A DNA stretch of 64,000 bases from the IMG/VR virus record IMGVR_UViG_3300035698_019895, positions 1 to 64,000 of that record; one strand, written 5' to 3'. Every line of letters begins with the position of its first letter. Position 1 is the stretch's first letter. Below the pieces are notes generated by a model. It was not told the DNA's origin. It did no database searches and worked only from the letters and a program-made list of their open reading frames with translations. Of the stretch, positions 27,255 through 37,836 are shown one piece after another. The stretch comes from a virus. Both the position numbers and the translations under genes were made by a program.

Positions 27255-27560
27255 ATGATTACAAATATGAAAAAAATGTGTGAAATGCGTTTGTTGGTTT
27301 CTGTAAAAGAATTAAGTTGGTTCAAAGAAAATTTTCCTAGCTTTAAATGGGAAGCAGGCGATACTACTATTAAATGGAATGCTAATGAACCAGATGAAGT
27401 AGATATGGCTAAGAAAGCATTTGAAGCATATAAGAAAAAGCATCCAAAAGCAATGGCTTTTAAAGTTAAGAGAGATGATAAAAAAGATGCTCATGAGATT
27501 AAAGAATTCGACCCAAATGCAGAAATGATATTAATGCAAGATTGGATGCATAAAGGATAA
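27255..27560 (+). CDS. conserved phage hypothetical protein
   Basis: GDT.IKW....DEV..A...F...FDPNAE. Confidence 0.65.
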   Translation: MITNMKKMCEMRLLVSVKELSWFKENFPSFKWEAGDTTIKWNANEPDEVDMAKKAFEAYKKKHPKAMAFKVKRDDKKDAHEIKEFDPNAEMILMQDWMHKG

Positions 27561-27561
27561 A

Positions 27562-28443
27562 ATGCAGTTTAACAAATATAGAAGCCCTAGTAGTCTTATG
27601 GAGACTCTTACTCTCCAATATCATTTACCTAGTGGAGAAGAAAAAATTGTAGGGTTAGATATAAGTCAAAGATTGCGTGGTTCTCAAGATACAGATTATT
27701 TTCTTCATATCGAAGAAAGAGTTAGAGAAGAATTAAAAAGAAAAGCTGATAAGGATATTAGAGAACATATAAATGAGAGAATGGGAGAAATGACTGCTAT
27801 ACAATATCAGAATCAATATTCGACTTTTGTTGAAGGAAATTTTGACTATAGTGCTAATAGTACTAGTACAACAATGACCGCTGATGCAACTACCCCTATA
27901 ACTTTTGGTCCATCACCACTACTCCATTGGATGGAGACTCCAAATACTAGAAAAATTATTATTAAGTTTGAAGATGGTCGTAGAACATTAGAAATTGAAA
28001 AAACTATTGATTCTGATGTTAGAATAACTCAAGAGGATATCAACAAAGCTAGAATTAAATGGTGGGGAAATGCTAGATTTCAAGTGTTAGAACGTAAAGC
28101 AGAGAGAAAAGCTGAAGATTTATTAAAAATGTTTATAGATGAAGTTGATTTTAGAAATTATAAAGAAAAAGGTTTCTTTATAGTTAAACAAGGGAACAGA
28201 ATATTTAGGATATGGAAAGATAATCATAAACATATAGACATGTGGGAAAAACGAGGACAGCTTTTCCAACCGAAAAATAGATTGTGCGTTCATACTCCTA
28301 CAAGAGAAGTTCCTTTAGCGGACGAAGTTCTAAGTAAGATATTACTGATACGTTCTGGTAATGTATTAGAAAAAAGTAATCATTGGAGTGCAGAAAGTTT
28401 AGAATCTATTAAAAACGAAGAAGAATTATTAGTTAAAGTATAG
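27562..28443 (+). CDS. conserved phage hypothetical protein
   Basis: ORF track; C-terminal LCVH...VPLADEVLSK. Confidence 0.65.
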   Translation: MQFNKYRSPSSLMETLTLQYHLPSGEEKIVGLDISQRLRGSQDTDYFLHIEERVREELKRKADKDIREHINERMGEMTAIQYQNQYSTFVEGNFDYSANSTSTTMTADATTPITFGPSPLLHWMETPNTRKIIIKFEDGRRTLEIEKTIDSDVRITQEDINKARIKWWGNARFQVLERKAERKAEDLLKMFIDEVDFRNYKEKGFFIVKQGNRIFRIWKDNHKHIDMWEKRGQLFQPKNRLCVHTPTREVPLADEVLSKILLIRSGNVLEKSNHWSAESLESIKNEEELLVKV

Positions 28444-28454
28444 AAAGAAATAAT

Positions 28455-28841
28455 ATGTGGAAATTTATACAGCTTTTGTTTATGTTTATAGCAGGTCATA
28501 GTATAGCAGATACCGCTTTGCAACCTGATTCTATGGGTAGAGGTAAAAGCAGACTAAGGAAAATAGATATAAGTCGTGTTCCGCCAGGACAAAAACCACT
28601 TAATCTATGGTTCATGTGGTTAAGTCATCATTCAATAATACATGGATTTATGGTTATGTTGTTAACTTTTATGTTTACACTGGATATATCGTTTGCAATT
28701 AATCTTGGAATGATAGAAACAGTATCTCATATGACTATAGATTTTTTTAAATGTGAAGGTAAATACAGTCCTTATGTTGACCAAACTTTACATTATCTTG
28801 TCAAAGTAGGGTTAGCTCTTGCAATATTATGGAGATTATGA
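28455..28841 (+). CDS. DUF3307-like membrane protein (second copy)
   Basis: GH.IAD.ALQ, H..IHG, H..ID..K, DQ.LH. Confidence 0.72.
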   Translation: MWKFIQLLFMFIAGHSIADTALQPDSMGRGKSRLRKIDISRVPPGQKPLNLWFMWLSHHSIIHGFMVMLLTFMFTLDISFAINLGMIETVSHMTIDFFKCEGKYSPYVDQTLHYLVKVGLALAILWRL

Positions 28842-28973
28842 AGAAAAGTTTAGATAAAATTATTAAAAAACTAAAGAAACTTGTAAGAACAGAACATAAA
28901 CCAATGACAAAAGCTGAGGGATTTATAGCTATAACATATTATTTTTCTACTGGGAACATAAAGGAAATATAAA

Positions 28974-29246
28974 ATGCCATACATAAAACAAGAAAAAAGG
29001 AAAGTTTTAAATAAACACGCCAGATTAGAACTGATTGGAATGGAATGTGAGAACGAAGGAGATTTAAATTATGTTCTTACTATGATATGTAAAGGATATC
29101 TAAACAAGTACGGTTTAATTAGATATGCTCGTTTAAATACTATTGTTGGTGCTTTAGAGTGTTGTAAATTAGAATTTTATCGTAGAAAAGCAGTGCCATA
29201 TGAAGATATGAAAATAAAAGAATCAGGTGGTGGAGATGTATATTAA
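28974..29246 (+). CDS. conserved phage protein (MPYI...G.LNY family)
   Basis: MPYIK, GDLNY, GALECCKLEFYRR...PYED.KI...GDVY. Confidence 0.7.
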   Translation: MPYIKQEKRKVLNKHARLELIGMECENEGDLNYVLTMICKGYLNKYGLIRYARLNTIVGALECCKLEFYRRKAVPYEDMKIKESGGGDVY

Positions 29247-29306
29247 TGAGAAAACCAAGAATCAGGGAGATGTAATAATTAGTTTTAAAAAACCCAAAAC
29301 AACTAA

Positions 29307-29642
29307 ATGATTAAATCTGTAAACAAACTTTGGGGATATGAAGACAAGCTTATAAATACTGAACTTTATTGTGCTAAAATTCTAGGACTAAAACATGGTT
29401 ATCAATGTTCTCTTCATTATCATAAGAAAAAAGACGAAACATTTTATTGTTTAGATGGTTGTATAAAATTAGAACTAGAAGATGAAGTATTTACTTTAGC
29501 AAAAGGACAACAGGTGAGAATTAGACCTAAACAGAAGCATAGATTTACAGCAATAACTAATACAGCAAAAATATTAGAAGTAAGTACATATCATTCTAAT
29601 AAAGATAGTTGTCGTATTGAAAAATCAAAAGAAATAAAATGA
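29307..29642 (+). CDS. cupin-domain protein (mannose-6-phosphate isomerase-like)
   Basis: K.WG.E, SLHYHKKKDETF, HRF, LEVST. Confidence 0.82.
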   Translation: MIKSVNKLWGYEDKLINTELYCAKILGLKHGYQCSLHYHKKKDETFYCLDGCIKLELEDEVFTLAKGQQVRIRPKQKHRFTAITNTAKILEVSTYHSNKDSCRIEKSKEIK

Positions 29643-31126
29643 AATCTATATATTTAATTAATCCAAAAATAGATTTTCCAACATATTTCGGTTCGGAAAT
29701 ATTAAAAGAATTAAATCTAGATTCAAAAGTACTTGTTTCTGATATAGTTACCCCAACTATAGCAGCATTTGTCCCAAAAGAATTTAATGTTCAAATTTGT
29801 GATGAACGAGTTACTCCGATTGATTTTAATACTAAATCAAAGTATATTGGTATTACAGGTAAAAATGCTCAATATAAACGCATGAAAGAAATTGCTCAAA
29901 AATTTCAAACAAAGGGTAAGACAGTTATTATAGGTGGTCCCTTCGCATCACTTAGTCCAGAAGCTGTTCGTCCTTATTGTGATATTTTAGTAAAAGGAGA
30001 GATAGAGGAAATAGCAGATGAATTATTTTCAGATTTATTACGTGGAGAATGGAAACAAGAATATACTGGGACTCGTCCAAATCCAATAAAATCTCCTATA
30101 CCGAGATGGGATTTATATCCTAATCAAAGAGCAACCACAGGAATGATACAAATTTCAAGAGGATGTCCATTTGATTGTGATTTTTGCGATTTAAAATTAT
30201 ATGCAGGTCGTGGACAAAGACATAAATTAATTGAAGATGTATTAGCAGAACTAGATGTAATATATAAACATGGATATCGTCATATCTTCATAGCAGATGA
30301 TAACTTAACAGCAAATCGTAAATATGTTAAAGAATTAATGCAAGCAATAAAAGAATGGAATGAAAAACTTCCATCAGGATATGTGGGATTTGTTGCTCAA
30401 TTATCTTTAGATGCAGCCAATGACGAAGAATTAGTTAAAATATGTGCTGAAGCTGGACTTACACAAATATATATTGGAATTGAAACGTTAGAACAAAACA
30501 ATTTAGCTAACATTAATAAGTCACAAATTATCAATATAAATATAAAAGAAAAAATATTATTATTTTTAAAATATGGTATTTCTGTTATGGTAGGTTTGAT
30601 TAGTGGTTTTGATTTCGACAATTTAGATGTTTTTGAACAACAATATCAGTTTGCTATGTCATTACCAGTTCCAATTTTTCTTTTTCAAGCATTAATAGCA
30701 TATCCAAATACTCGTATTTTTAATACATTACAAGAACAAAATAGACTTGTTAATAATATATCTACTGAAGATTTGCCTTGGGAAACAAATATAATACCAA
30801 AACAAATGACAAGAAAAGAACTTACTACTGGGATACGAAGATTATTTGAGAGTATATATAGTCCAGAAATGTTCGGCAAACGTTTAACTGCTTTTATTGA
30901 TATTTTAGGTGAAAATAAAAGCTTGACAAAAGTGGAAAAAGATGATAGAATGAAGGTATTAATGTTCTCTGTTATTAAATATATAAGAAAATTAGGTAAA
31001 AAAGAGCAAGAATTATGTCAGACTATTATAAAATTAATTGTTCAAAAACCAAGAACAGGATATTATCTAATACCGATATTAATTCATTATGCTCAAATCA
31101 GTTATATGTATAGAGAGGGAAAATAA
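29639..31126 (+). CDS. B12-binding radical SAM protein
   Basis: N-terminal cobalamin-binding region (IGGPFAS, GE.E), SRGCPFDCDFC, DDN, IGIET, YPNT. Confidence 0.9.
   Translation: MKSIYLINPKIDFPTYFGSEILKELNLDSKVLVSDIVTPTIAAFVPKEFNVQICDERVTPIDFNTKSKYIGITGKNAQYKRMKEIAQKFQTKGKTVIIGGPFASLSPEAVRPYCDILVKGEIEEIADELFSDLLRGEWKQEYTGTRPNPIKSPIPRWDLYPNQRATTGMIQISRGCPFDCDFCDLKLYAGRGQRHKLIEDVLAELDVIYKHGYRHIFIADDNLTANRKYVKELMQAIKEWNEKLPSGYVGFVAQLSLDAANDEELVKICAEAGLTQIYIGIETLEQNNLANINKSQIININIKEKILLFLKYGISVMVGLISGFDFDNLDVFEQQYQFAMSLPVPIFLFQALIAYPNTRIFNTLQEQNRLVNNISTEDLPWETNIIPKQMTRKELTTGIRRLFESIYSPEMFGKRLTAFIDILGENKSLTKVEKDDRMKVLMFSVIKYIRKLGKKEQELCQTIIKLIVQKPRTGYYLIPILIHYAQISYMYREGK
30923..30951 (+). promoter_or_regulatory. 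internal sigma-70-type promoter within the 3' end of the radical SAM gene
   Basis: TTGACA-17 nt-TAGAAT with extended TG. Confidence 0.55.
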
Positions 31127-31677
31127 ATGTCATTATTAACATTAAAAAAGAAGATACAAGATTGGTGGGAAATACAAACAGTTATTAGAAAAGCTTTTAA
31201 TTCAAAAGGATTTTTCATAACTGTAAGCCATAAAGTAAAAACAAAAGAGAATGAAACAGATTTAAATCATTTTTGGACGACAAGAGATTTTCCTACAAAA
31301 TCTATTCTTCCCTCTTTACAATCAATATTTAATGATTTAGATAAAAAAGAGCTATTATTTAATGACTTATTAAAGTCAAACAAGGAGCGACATAATGAAT
31401 AAAGCAATAAATATACCAGACTTTACAATTAATCAATTAATATATATTGTTGACTTTGATGATTTTATCATAGAACGAGGAGTGATAGCTAAACGTTATT
31501 GTGATGAGGATGATAATTATTTGTATATACTTAAAAACGATAGATTCGAAGTAGAATATGAAGAAGAAAATATGTTTAAAACTTTTCAAACAGCTAAAAA
31601 TTATATGGAAGATATTGTAAAAGAAACTTTACAAGATGTTAGAAAATTAAGTCAAAAAGATATAAGAGAGATATAAA

Positions 31678-32028
31678 GTGGAATTAAAACATCAAGTAGT
31701 AAGTTTAGAGTTAAGTAAGCAGTTAAAAGAGGCAGGTTACAAGCAAGAGGGGATTTGGGAATGGATAAAATATAAAGATAAACCACTCCAGCTTTTAATA
31801 ATAAAAAGAATAATGACTCAAGAGTTAAGAATTATAGATTTCCAATATGTCGCCCCTACAGTAGCAGAGTTAGGAGAAGCGTTGCCAAAGTGGAATAAGA
31901 CTTGGAAAATATCTAAAAAGTCTTGGAAGGGAAGTAATATTGAGAATACATTTTATCGAAGTGCCGACACCGAAGCAGATTGTAGAGCAAAAATGTATCT
32001 ACACTTAAATAAAAAAGGATTAATATAA
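31678..32028 (+). CDS. repeated phage protein family, copy 2
   Basis: Same three conserved blocks as 8031 and 52437. Confidence 0.75.
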   Translation: MELKHQVVSLELSKQLKEAGYKQEGIWEWIKYKDKPLQLLIIKRIMTQELRIIDFQYVAPTVAELGEALPKWNKTWKISKKSWKGSNIENTFYRSADTEADCRAKMYLHLNKKGLI

Positions 32029-32029
32029 A

Positions 32030-32584
32030 ATGCGTTATTTTTTTACAGCAGATTATCATTTAGGACATTTCAACATAATTAGATACTGTAATCGTCCATT
32101 TTCTTCATTAGAAGAAATGAACGAAATTATTATTCGTAATCATAATCAACGAGTAAAACCAGAAGATATAGTATTTTTTAATGGAGATTTTTGTTTTAGA
32201 AATAGTGCTGGAGGTAAAAAAGGAGAAGGAGAAACTTTTAAATCTGATTACTATATTAAACAACTTAATGGAAGATTTGTATTTATTAAAGGAAATCATG
32301 ATAGAAATAACTCATTAAAAACAATTATAGAAAGATTAGTTGTTAGTTATGGTGGCAAACGAGTTAACATTGTACATAATCCTATTCACGCAGATAATAA
32401 CTATACAATCAATTTGGTTGGTCATGTTCATAATAATTGGATGTTTAGAAAATTGAATCATAAATCAGATATGATTAATGTAGGAATTGATATGTGGGAT
32501 TTTAGACCAGTTACTTTTGAAGAGATAATGAAAAAATATAATCAATGGAAAAAATCTAATAATGAGCAAAAAACCACTCAGTAA
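32030..32584 (+). CDS. calcineurin-like metallophosphoesterase
   Basis: AD.H.GH.NII.YC.RPF, GD, GNHD, GHVH. Confidence 0.88.
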   Translation: MRYFFTADYHLGHFNIIRYCNRPFSSLEEMNEIIIRNHNQRVKPEDIVFFNGDFCFRNSAGGKKGEGETFKSDYYIKQLNGRFVFIKGNHDRNNSLKTIIERLVVSYGGKRVNIVHNPIHADNNYTINLVGHVHNNWMFRKLNHKSDMINVGIDMWDFRPVTFEEIMKKYNQWKKSNNEQKTTQ

Positions 32585-32935
32585 AAAAGAAATTAAAGCC
32601 AGAAAAGCAGAACAGAACAAAAACAAGCGTAAGAAGATAGATTATAGGCAGTTTGCTAATAAATTTTTTAAAAAACCTACTGACCATCTTCCATTAATCA
32701 TTGGAGGTATTGGGTTAGGTACAAAGTCTTACTGCTATAATTGTCAATCTATAGTTTCAAAGACTAAAACTATAGAAAAGGTTACAACTTGTGGTAGATG
32801 TGGAAGTACTTTCATAGAAATGAGAGAAAAAAATCCTAGTCGGTGGAAAAAGATATATTGGAAATGGAAAGAATTTCGGTATCTAAATATTAAAATTAGA
32901 AATGATTATCAGAATAATTGGATAAATAGAAAACA

Positions 32936-33568
32936 ATGAAACTGATTTGTATAGCTGACACTCATTGCAATTATAAGAATCTTGAAGTTCCTGAGGGAGA
33001 TATCTTAATTCATGCAGGTGATATTGATGCGTATCAATATTCTTCAGAACTCAAAGATTTTAATAAATGGTTAGGTAAATTACCTCACAAATATAAAATA
33101 GTTATTGGTGGCAATCACGATAAATATTTATTTGAGACAGATACTAATAAAATCAGAAGCTATCTTACTAATGCTATTTATTTAGAAAATTCTGGGTGCG
33201 AAATAGAAAAAATTAAATTTTGGGGGTCTCCAGTTACTCCTCGCTTTGGAAGATGGTTCTTTATGGCTGAAAGAGGAGCAGATATTAATGAGTATTGGAA
33301 AATGATTCCAAAAGATACTGATATACTTATTACTCACGGTCCTCCTTACAATATATTAGATGCTGTCGCTTTCAGTTATGGCAATCATCATGTAGGATGT
33401 AGTGAATTATTGAATATAATAAAAAAGATTAAACCAAAATTCCATATTTTTGGTCATATACATAGTAGTTCAGGGATTTATAAAGAAGATAATACAACTT
33501 TTGTTAATGCTTCTATTTTAGATGAAGATTATCAAGTAGCATATGAACCTATAACAATAGAAATATAA
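32936..33568 (+). CDS. metallophosphoesterase (MPPED/239FB-like)
   Basis: ADTH, IHAGD, GNHD, ITHGPP, FGHIH. Confidence 0.9.
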   Translation: MKLICIADTHCNYKNLEVPEGDILIHAGDIDAYQYSSELKDFNKWLGKLPHKYKIVIGGNHDKYLFETDTNKIRSYLTNAIYLENSGCEIEKIKFWGSPVTPRFGRWFFMAERGADINEYWKMIPKDTDILITHGPPYNILDAVAFSYGNHHVGCSELLNIIKKIKPKFHIFGHIHSSSGIYKEDNTTFVNASILDEDYQVAYEPITIEI

Positions 33569-33650
33569 TGGCAAAAGAACACAACGACACAGATATTGTA
33601 ATAATATTATCTATAATACTACTACTAGCAATATCAGTATTAGTTTTTCT

Positions 33651-34220
33651 TTGCTGGGGGATATAATGACAAAAATAAATGAACCTTCTAATTTAACATT
33701 AGAAGAAGTATTTAAAGATACAAAAAAGCCATGGAAATGGTATAATCATGTTTGGTGGTGGATAAGATATGGTATTTGGAATAAAATTACAGATTTAAAA
33801 TGGCAAATTCCTAATATTATTAGTCGTGCAAAAAGAGGATGGGGACATGCAGATACTTGGGGATTCTCTGATTATCTATCAAATGTTATATCAGATGGTA
33901 TAAAACATCTCAAAAAAATTAAACATGGATATCCTGCTACATTTAATGAAAAAATTAATGATTTAGATTATAATGAAAAACGCTGGGATGAAGTTTTAGA
34001 TAAAATGATTTGGACTTTTGATACAGCGAAAAAAATTCAATATAATTATCCAGAGAATGAGTGGTTATATTCACCTACTAAAGATTGGGATAAAGGAAAA
34101 GACTTGAGAGATAAATTTAAAGACGGAAAATTAATGAAGGTAATGACTAAAGAAGAATGTTTAAGATATGAAGAAGGATGGAAATTGTTTCAAGAATATT
34201 TCTTTAGTTTATGGGACTAA
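33651..34220 (+). CDS. conserved phage hypothetical protein
   Basis: Ends EG..LF.EYF.SLWD; W...LDKMIW.F. Confidence 0.65.
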   Translation: MLGDIMTKINEPSNLTLEEVFKDTKKPWKWYNHVWWWIRYGIWNKITDLKWQIPNIISRAKRGWGHADTWGFSDYLSNVISDGIKHLKKIKHGYPATFNEKINDLDYNEKRWDEVLDKMIWTFDTAKKIQYNYPENEWLYSPTKDWDKGKDLRDKFKDGKLMKVMTKEECLRYEEGWKLFQEYFFSLWD

Positions 34221-34703
34221 AACATGTGTAAAATAATAGCAATACTTATGTTTCTTATCCCTTACATACTTTTCTTATCTAGTATGTGGAAAGAAGCAAA
34301 AGATTATGTGTTAATAGCAATAGGAATAACTACCCTCTGTACTGTATATTGGGGATTAGCAGGATTTCTATTAGGGAAATAAGCAGAAAGGGATGGGAAA
34401 AATGTCAAGAAGAAGCAAAACAAAAGGTGTAAAAAAACATAGAAAAATTGGGCACAAACCTAAACATAACAAGAAATCTGTAATGGAAAGAAAAAGATTA
34501 AGAGAGAGCCAAAATGCAAATGCCTGATTGGATGAAATCTGGAGCGTTCATAATAATATGTATGATAGTATGGGATTTAATTAGAATTCCATTACAGGCA
34601 TGGATTACCAAGTTATTCATGAGTGACAATTTTAAAAAAATAGAAGATAGTGTGGAAGATATAGAAGAAGTTGTTGAAGAAGCTTTAGAAGAGGACCAAA
34701 TAA

Positions 34704-35219
34704 ATGAAACTAAAAACAAAACTGATAGAAAAAGCATTTAAAGGAAAAGTCATTCCATTTATAACAGTAATGGGAATTGATACAGCATCTAGAACTGGTT
34801 GGTGTAAAGCAACTACAGCTCCTGACTATGTAACTTTTGATTATAATTTTACAGATATTAAAACCAGAGACAAATATTATAAGTATAATCAATATATAGA
34901 TATTTTTACTAATCTTTTAAAATCGGAAATAGATATAATAGTTATTGAAGAAACTTACTATAGTAAAAATGTTAAGACTTTCCAATTATTATCTCGATTA
35001 GGCGGTTTCGTATATGCAGCCGCTCATACAGTAGGAATAAAAGACAAACGTTTTATACTAGCAACTTCTGCTAGAAAAAAATTAGGTTTTAAAGGAAATC
35101 TTAAAAAACAAATAATTCAGAAACAATTTATAAAAAAACTAAAGATAAAAATAGATGATGAAGACATCATCGATGCCATGGTTTTGGCAATGAACGGAAT
35201 TTTGGAGGAAAAAATATGA
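34704..35219 (+). CDS. ruvC: RuvC-like Holliday junction resolvase
   Basis: MGIDTASRTGW, IVIEE, L.RLGG, D.IDA. Confidence 0.8.
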   Translation: MKLKTKLIEKAFKGKVIPFITVMGIDTASRTGWCKATTAPDYVTFDYNFTDIKTRDKYYKYNQYIDIFTNLLKSEIDIIVIEETYYSKNVKTFQLLSRLGGFVYAAAHTVGIKDKRFILATSARKKLGFKGNLKKQIIQKQFIKKLKIKIDDEDIIDAMVLAMNGILEEKI

Positions 35220-35773
35220 TAATATATTTAATTGGATATTTATTAGTCGGAATTGTAACTGCAATAACATGTTCTTTCTTATGGGCTTTCGGGGGAGCAG
35301 AAAATACTGATAAAAATTGGAGAAGAATTGGAGTTCCAGTTGCAGTAGGAGTAGGAAGTTTTATAATAGCTTGGATTAGTTGGTCAGCTTTGTTATGGAT
35401 TGTCTTAGCTTGTCTAGCTTTATATGCAGCTACTACTATTGGATATGGAATTCCTGATGAAAATGATGAAGGTTCTCCGTTAGGAAAATTTTGGTATTTG
35501 TTTTTTAATCAAGATGCTAAACAAGCAAATATTTTAACGAGAGCAACTGTTGGATTAGCATATGGAGGTTCACTTGCATTACTTTCCTTCATTAAAGGAC
35601 ATTTGTTTTGGGGATTTGTCGTAGCTATAATATGTATGTTAAATACAATATATTGGGCTTGTTTTGATAAAGAAGGACCTTTTCCTCTAGATTTAGGATT
35701 TGTTAAATTAAATTCAGAAGAAGTATTTATTGGTATTGGAATTGGTATTTGTACAGTATTGGCTTTAATATAA
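35216..35773 (+). CDS. multi-pass membrane protein
   Basis: Several hydrophobic helices; K.WRR.G.P. Confidence 0.65.
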   Translation: MIIYLIGYLLVGIVTAITCSFLWAFGGAENTDKNWRRIGVPVAVGVGSFIIAWISWSALLWIVLACLALYAATTIGYGIPDENDEGSPLGKFWYLFFNQDAKQANILTRATVGLAYGGSLALLSFIKGHLFWGFVVAIICMLNTIYWACFDKEGPFPLDLGFVKLNSEEVFIGIGIGICTVLALI

Positions 35774-36087
35774 TGAAAAAATGGCAGAAACTTCAGTGGT
35801 ATGTTGCTCGAAAATTAAAAGAACTAGGAATAAAAGCAAGACCTACTAAAGCTTCAGGAGCAAGTACAGAGCTAGGCGATATTTTAAACGAAGTTTTTTT
35901 AGTGGAATGTAAACAAAGAAATACTAAAAGTGTAACCATAGATTTAGCTACTTGGGAAAAAAATAAAGCGAGATTACCAGTGAATAGTAAACGTATACCA
36001 ATATTAGTATTGGAAAATAAAGAAATTAAAAGATTTGTAGTTCTTGAAGCTCATGATTTTTTTGAAATGTTAGGGAAACAGGAGTAA
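35749..36087 (+). CDS. PD-(D/E)XK nuclease, archaeal-type Holliday junction resolvase-like
   Basis: SGA...GD.....VECK; probable start ATG 35773. Confidence 0.7.
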   Translation: MYSIGFNIMKKWQKLQWYVARKLKELGIKARPTKASGASTELGDILNEVFLVECKQRNTKSVTIDLATWEKNKARLPVNSKRIPILVLENKEIKRFVVLEAHDFFEMLGKQE

Positions 36088-36089
36088 AC

Positions 36090-37043
36090 ATGACAAACAA
36101 GAAAAAAGAAATAGTTTATAAGACTAAAGATGACCGTAAAACAGCTCTTAAAAATATGATGAGAGATATTAATAAAAATTTAGGAGATAATGCTATAAAG
36201 TTTGCTAAAGATGAAAAAGCCAAAGATAGAATTCCTTTTGGAATTGAAAAAATAGATGAATTTACTGGTGGTGGTGCAGTCAGAGGAAATTTCTGTATAT
36301 TATATGGAGGAGATAGTACGGGTAAAACTTCGTTAGCTTATGCACAAATAGCTAAGAGTCAAAAAGAAGGATTAAATTGTGCTCTTTTTGATTTAGAACA
36401 TAGTTTTGATGGGATAAGAGCCGTAAGTTTTGGTGTAGATTTGAATAAATTAATTCTAATAGAAAATATTAAAACAGCAGAACAAGCTATGGATATTTTG
36501 ATTAAACTTTGTAAACAAAATGTTATAGATTATGCTGTTATAGACAGTATTCAAGCAATGTCTCCAACAGGGCAACAAGAAACTAAAAAGGGAGCAGAGA
36601 AGTCAGTAGAAGATGACAATATAGCATTATTAGCTAGAAAAATGAGTCAGTTCCTTGTTATGTCTAAAGATGCAGTATACAGTGCTAATGTAGGGATATT
36701 AATGATAGGACAAGTTAGAACAGGTATTGGTCCTTTTATGTCAACTAATGTTCTAACAGGGGGATTAGCCCAGAAACATTATTCTTTAATTACTTTACTC
36801 ATAAGAAGAGGACAAAAAGCAGATGCTCCTACAGAGAAATATAAAGAATATCTTGAAGATGAAAGTGATAAACAACATTATAAAACGAAAGAAAGAATTA
36901 TAGGATTTGATTGTGTTCTAAAAATAATAAAAAAGAAAATAGGTGGTTGTCAAGTTGAAGGAAGTCAACTTCATATACCCTTTTATTTTGAAACAGGATT
37001 TTCTCAACCAGAAAAAAAAGATGAGGAAGAAAATGAGAAGTAA
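36090..37043 (+). CDS. recA: RecA/UvsX-like recombinase
   Basis: Walker A GGDSTGKT, DLEH, VIDSI, LARKMSQ, IGQVR, TGG.A.KHY. Confidence 0.92.
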   Translation: MTNKKKEIVYKTKDDRKTALKNMMRDINKNLGDNAIKFAKDEKAKDRIPFGIEKIDEFTGGGAVRGNFCILYGGDSTGKTSLAYAQIAKSQKEGLNCALFDLEHSFDGIRAVSFGVDLNKLILIENIKTAEQAMDILIKLCKQNVIDYAVIDSIQAMSPTGQQETKKGAEKSVEDDNIALLARKMSQFLVMSKDAVYSANVGILMIGQVRTGIGPFMSTNVLTGGLAQKHYSLITLLIRRGQKADAPTEKYKEYLEDESDKQHYKTKERIIGFDCVLKIIKKKIGGCQVEGSQLHIPFYFETGFSQPEKKDEEENEK

Positions 37044-37383
37044 AATAAAGAAATCACTTTATACTTATGACCCTAAAAAAAATAAAAAAGTATTAGTCGG
37101 AGTCTATACATATGGTTTCTTCTTTAAAACAGTGTCTTCTAAACATTTTATGATTAAAGAACAAGGATATGGTATTCAAGAAGATGTAATAGAGCAATTA
37201 AAAGAATTAGGGTGTGAAAGAGTTTATATAAAAACACCTACTCATATTTATAGAACTGAGTTTTCAGAATGGTTAGAACAAGATATTAAAAATTATTGTC
37301 ATGGAAATCAAAGATTTCTTTCTGTAGCTAAAACAAATCCTGTAACGTATGAACAAGAACTCAGTTTATTTTAAGGAGACTAA

Positions 37384-37836
37384 ATGAATTATCAAGAAGC
37401 ATTAGTATTATTTGAATCAGAAGATAATATTTTAGATTTATTGGAAAAATTACAACCGATTTTTGAGAGAGTTAATCATTACGGAACTTTATTTCAGAAT
37501 CATCAAATTTCAATGAATTCAGAAGAATGTAAAAAAGCATTAGATGAATTAACAGGTTTATATATGTATCTTAATCCAATTTACTCTGTTGCTTTATCTG
37601 TTAAACAGAATAAAGAAGATGAATATTATGTTCAAAAACGAAAAGAAATGATAAAAGAGTTAAAAGGAAAAAGAATTATATCAGCTCCTATTGATAGAGA
37701 AGCGTCTGCTCATGTAGGTAAACATCGAATAATTAGAAATTTATTAGAAAAATATACAGAATCATGCGATAAAGCAATTTCATCTTGTCAATCCATACTA
37801 AAATATATGGGAGAGGAAATAAAGTTAAATAAATGA
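37384..37836 (+). CDS. helical protein, possible UvsY-like recombination mediator
   Basis: Position after recA; helical composition; ISS.QS.LK ending. Confidence 0.4.
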   Translation: MNYQEALVLFESEDNILDLLEKLQPIFERVNHYGTLFQNHQISMNSEECKKALDELTGLYMYLNPIYSVALSVKQNKEDEYYVQKRKEMIKELKGKRIISAPIDREASAHVGKHRIIRNLLEKYTESCDKAISSCQSILKYMGEEIKLNK

